A program made the translations under genes and the position numbers. The notes under the pieces were generated by a model. The model had not been told where the DNA came from. It saw nothing but the letters and a program-made list of their open reading frames with translations, and ran no database searches. DNA of 58,334 bases from Alphaproteobacteria bacterium. GTDB lineage: Bacteria; Pseudomonadota; Alphaproteobacteria; UBA8366; JADFVY01. Of this stretch, positions 57,279 to 58,334 are shown piece by piece; the stretch's first letter is position 1; every line of letters starts with the position of its first letter. The DNA lies in contig JBFIFO010000003.1 in NCBI GenBank assembly GCA_041602815.1, positions 1 to 58,334 on the forward strand, in the 5' to 3' direction.

Positions 57279-57794
57279 ATGGACCTCAAGCAGCATATCC
57301 GGAACATCCCGGATTTTCCCAAGCCGGGGATCAATTTCTACGACATCTCGCCGATGCTCGCGCATCCCCGGGCCTGGCACTACTGCACCGCCAAGCTGGC
57401 GGCCATGGTCGCCGACTGGGAACCCGACATCCTCGTCGGCATCGACAGCCGCGGCTTCCTCGTGGCGGCGCCGCTGGCCCTGCATATCGGTTGCGGGTTC
57501 GCCATGCTGCGCAAGCAGGGCAAGCTGCCGGGCAAGACCATCTCCCACACCTATGATCTCGAATACGGCACCGACACGGTCGAGATCCAGGCGGACGCCA
57601 TCGAGAAGGGCCAGCGGGTGGTGGTGCTGGACGACCTGATGGCGACCGGCGGCACCATGTCGGCCGGCATCGACCTGATCCGCGAGGTCGGCGGCGACGT
57701 GCGCGGCGCCGCCTGCGTCATCGAGCTGACCTTCCTGGGCGGCCGCAAGAAGATCGACGTGCCCTTCGAGGTGCTGCTGAAATACGACGCGTAG
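57279..57794 (+). CDS. apt: Adenine phosphoribosyltransferase
   Basis: [50 protein letters not shown]. Confidence 0.96.
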   Translation: MDLKQHIRNIPDFPKPGINFYDISPMLAHPRAWHYCTAKLAAMVADWEPDILVGIDSRGFLVAAPLALHIGCGFAMLRKQGKLPGKTISHTYDLEYGTDTVEIQADAIEKGQRVVVLDDLMATGGTMSAGIDLIREVGGDVRGAACVIELTFLGGRKKIDVPFEVLLKYDA

Positions 57795-57923
57795 CGCCGT
57801 CTCCGCCGCCCGCCCCGGCATGAGGTCGGTCGGCGCCGGCGCCGACCAACCTTCATCTGCGCTTCCCCGCCGCGTGGACGGTGGGCCGGCGGCGCCGGTG
57901 TCCGCCCGTCAGGACGTCCGCCG

Positions 57924-58334
57924 TCAGGCGCTGCGATAGAGCTTGGTCAGCACGAACTCGCGATGGCCCAGCGCCTCGGCGGCCGTGTAACGGCCGTTGC
58001 AGGTGCGCAAGGTCATCTCCAGCAGCGCATCGCCGGCCTCGTCCAGCGTCATCTCGCGGCGCAGGATCCCCGAGACGTCGACGTCGATATGCTCGGCCAT
58101 CTCGCGCGCCGTGCGCGGGTTGGCGGTCAGCTTGATGACCGGCTCGATCGGGTTGCCGATGACGTTGCCCTGGCCGGTCGGGAACAGGTGCACGACGAAT
58201 CCGGCGGCGGCCTGCAGGGTCACGCATTCGGCCGCGGCCGACGAGGTGTCCATGAAGTACAGGCCCGGCCCGGCGGACGGCGCCTCGGCCGGCTCCAGAA
58301 CGTCGACGAACTGGGTCTTCTTGCCGATCTTCTC
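57924..58334 (-). CDS. UxaA family C-terminal fragment, SuyB-like (sulfolactate sulfo-lyase beta subunit); 5' end outside the window
   Basis: [51 protein letters not shown]. The frame stays open to the window edge. Confidence 0.8.
   Translation of the reverse strand, partial: EKIGKKTQFVDVLEPAEAPSAGPGLYFMDTSSAAAECVTLQAAAGFVVHLFPTGQGNVIGNPIEPVIKLTANPRTAREMAEHIDVDVSGILRREMTLDEAGDALLEMTLRTCNGRYTAAEALGHREFVLTKLYRSA

Overview
High-GC alphaproteobacterial chromosome segment, Rhodospirillales-like by gene content and synteny. Left (1-9.6 kb) is core: ppdK (truncated by the window), glyS, glyQ, a small Zn-ribbon membrane protein, an S49 peptidase, a DUF2007-like/tRNA methyltransferase fusion, ispB, a DUF924 protein and tRNA-Pro(CGG). 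After the tRNA is a less GC-biased, signalling-rich accessory block (~9.6-24.5 kb). It holds a response regulator-YaiO/TPR porin-HEAT-processive GT2 operon with a hybrid Hpt kinase, a small secreted protein and SCO, a PilZ-like + SAM methyltransferase (PhcB-like by recalled motif) convergent with a 6-TM PleC/DivJ-type kinase, and an orphan chemoreceptor. CtrA-type boxes lie in front of three of these units. Next come a GntR-linked catabolic cluster (CoA-transferase, enoyl-CoA hydratase, TRAP, class V aminotransferase, FAD/Fe-S oxidase) with visible operators, rlpA, a sugar ABC transporter, a His-rich DUF plus an FGE-fold protein, and an SPFH protein. The right part has a TAXI-TRAP operon with three binding proteins plus a beta-keto-acid cleavage enzyme and a class III aminotransferase, an MCE/Mla system, a small secreted protein, apt and a partial SuyB/UxaA gene. 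The best candidate for an undescribed system is the PilZ-methyltransferase/6-TM kinase pair, a putative signal synthase-receptor module tied to c-di-GMP and CtrA. The second is the RR-YaiO-HEAT-GT2 glycan secretion operon. All family calls come from motif recognition by eye; no database search was run. No CRISPR array, integrase or transposase was seen.
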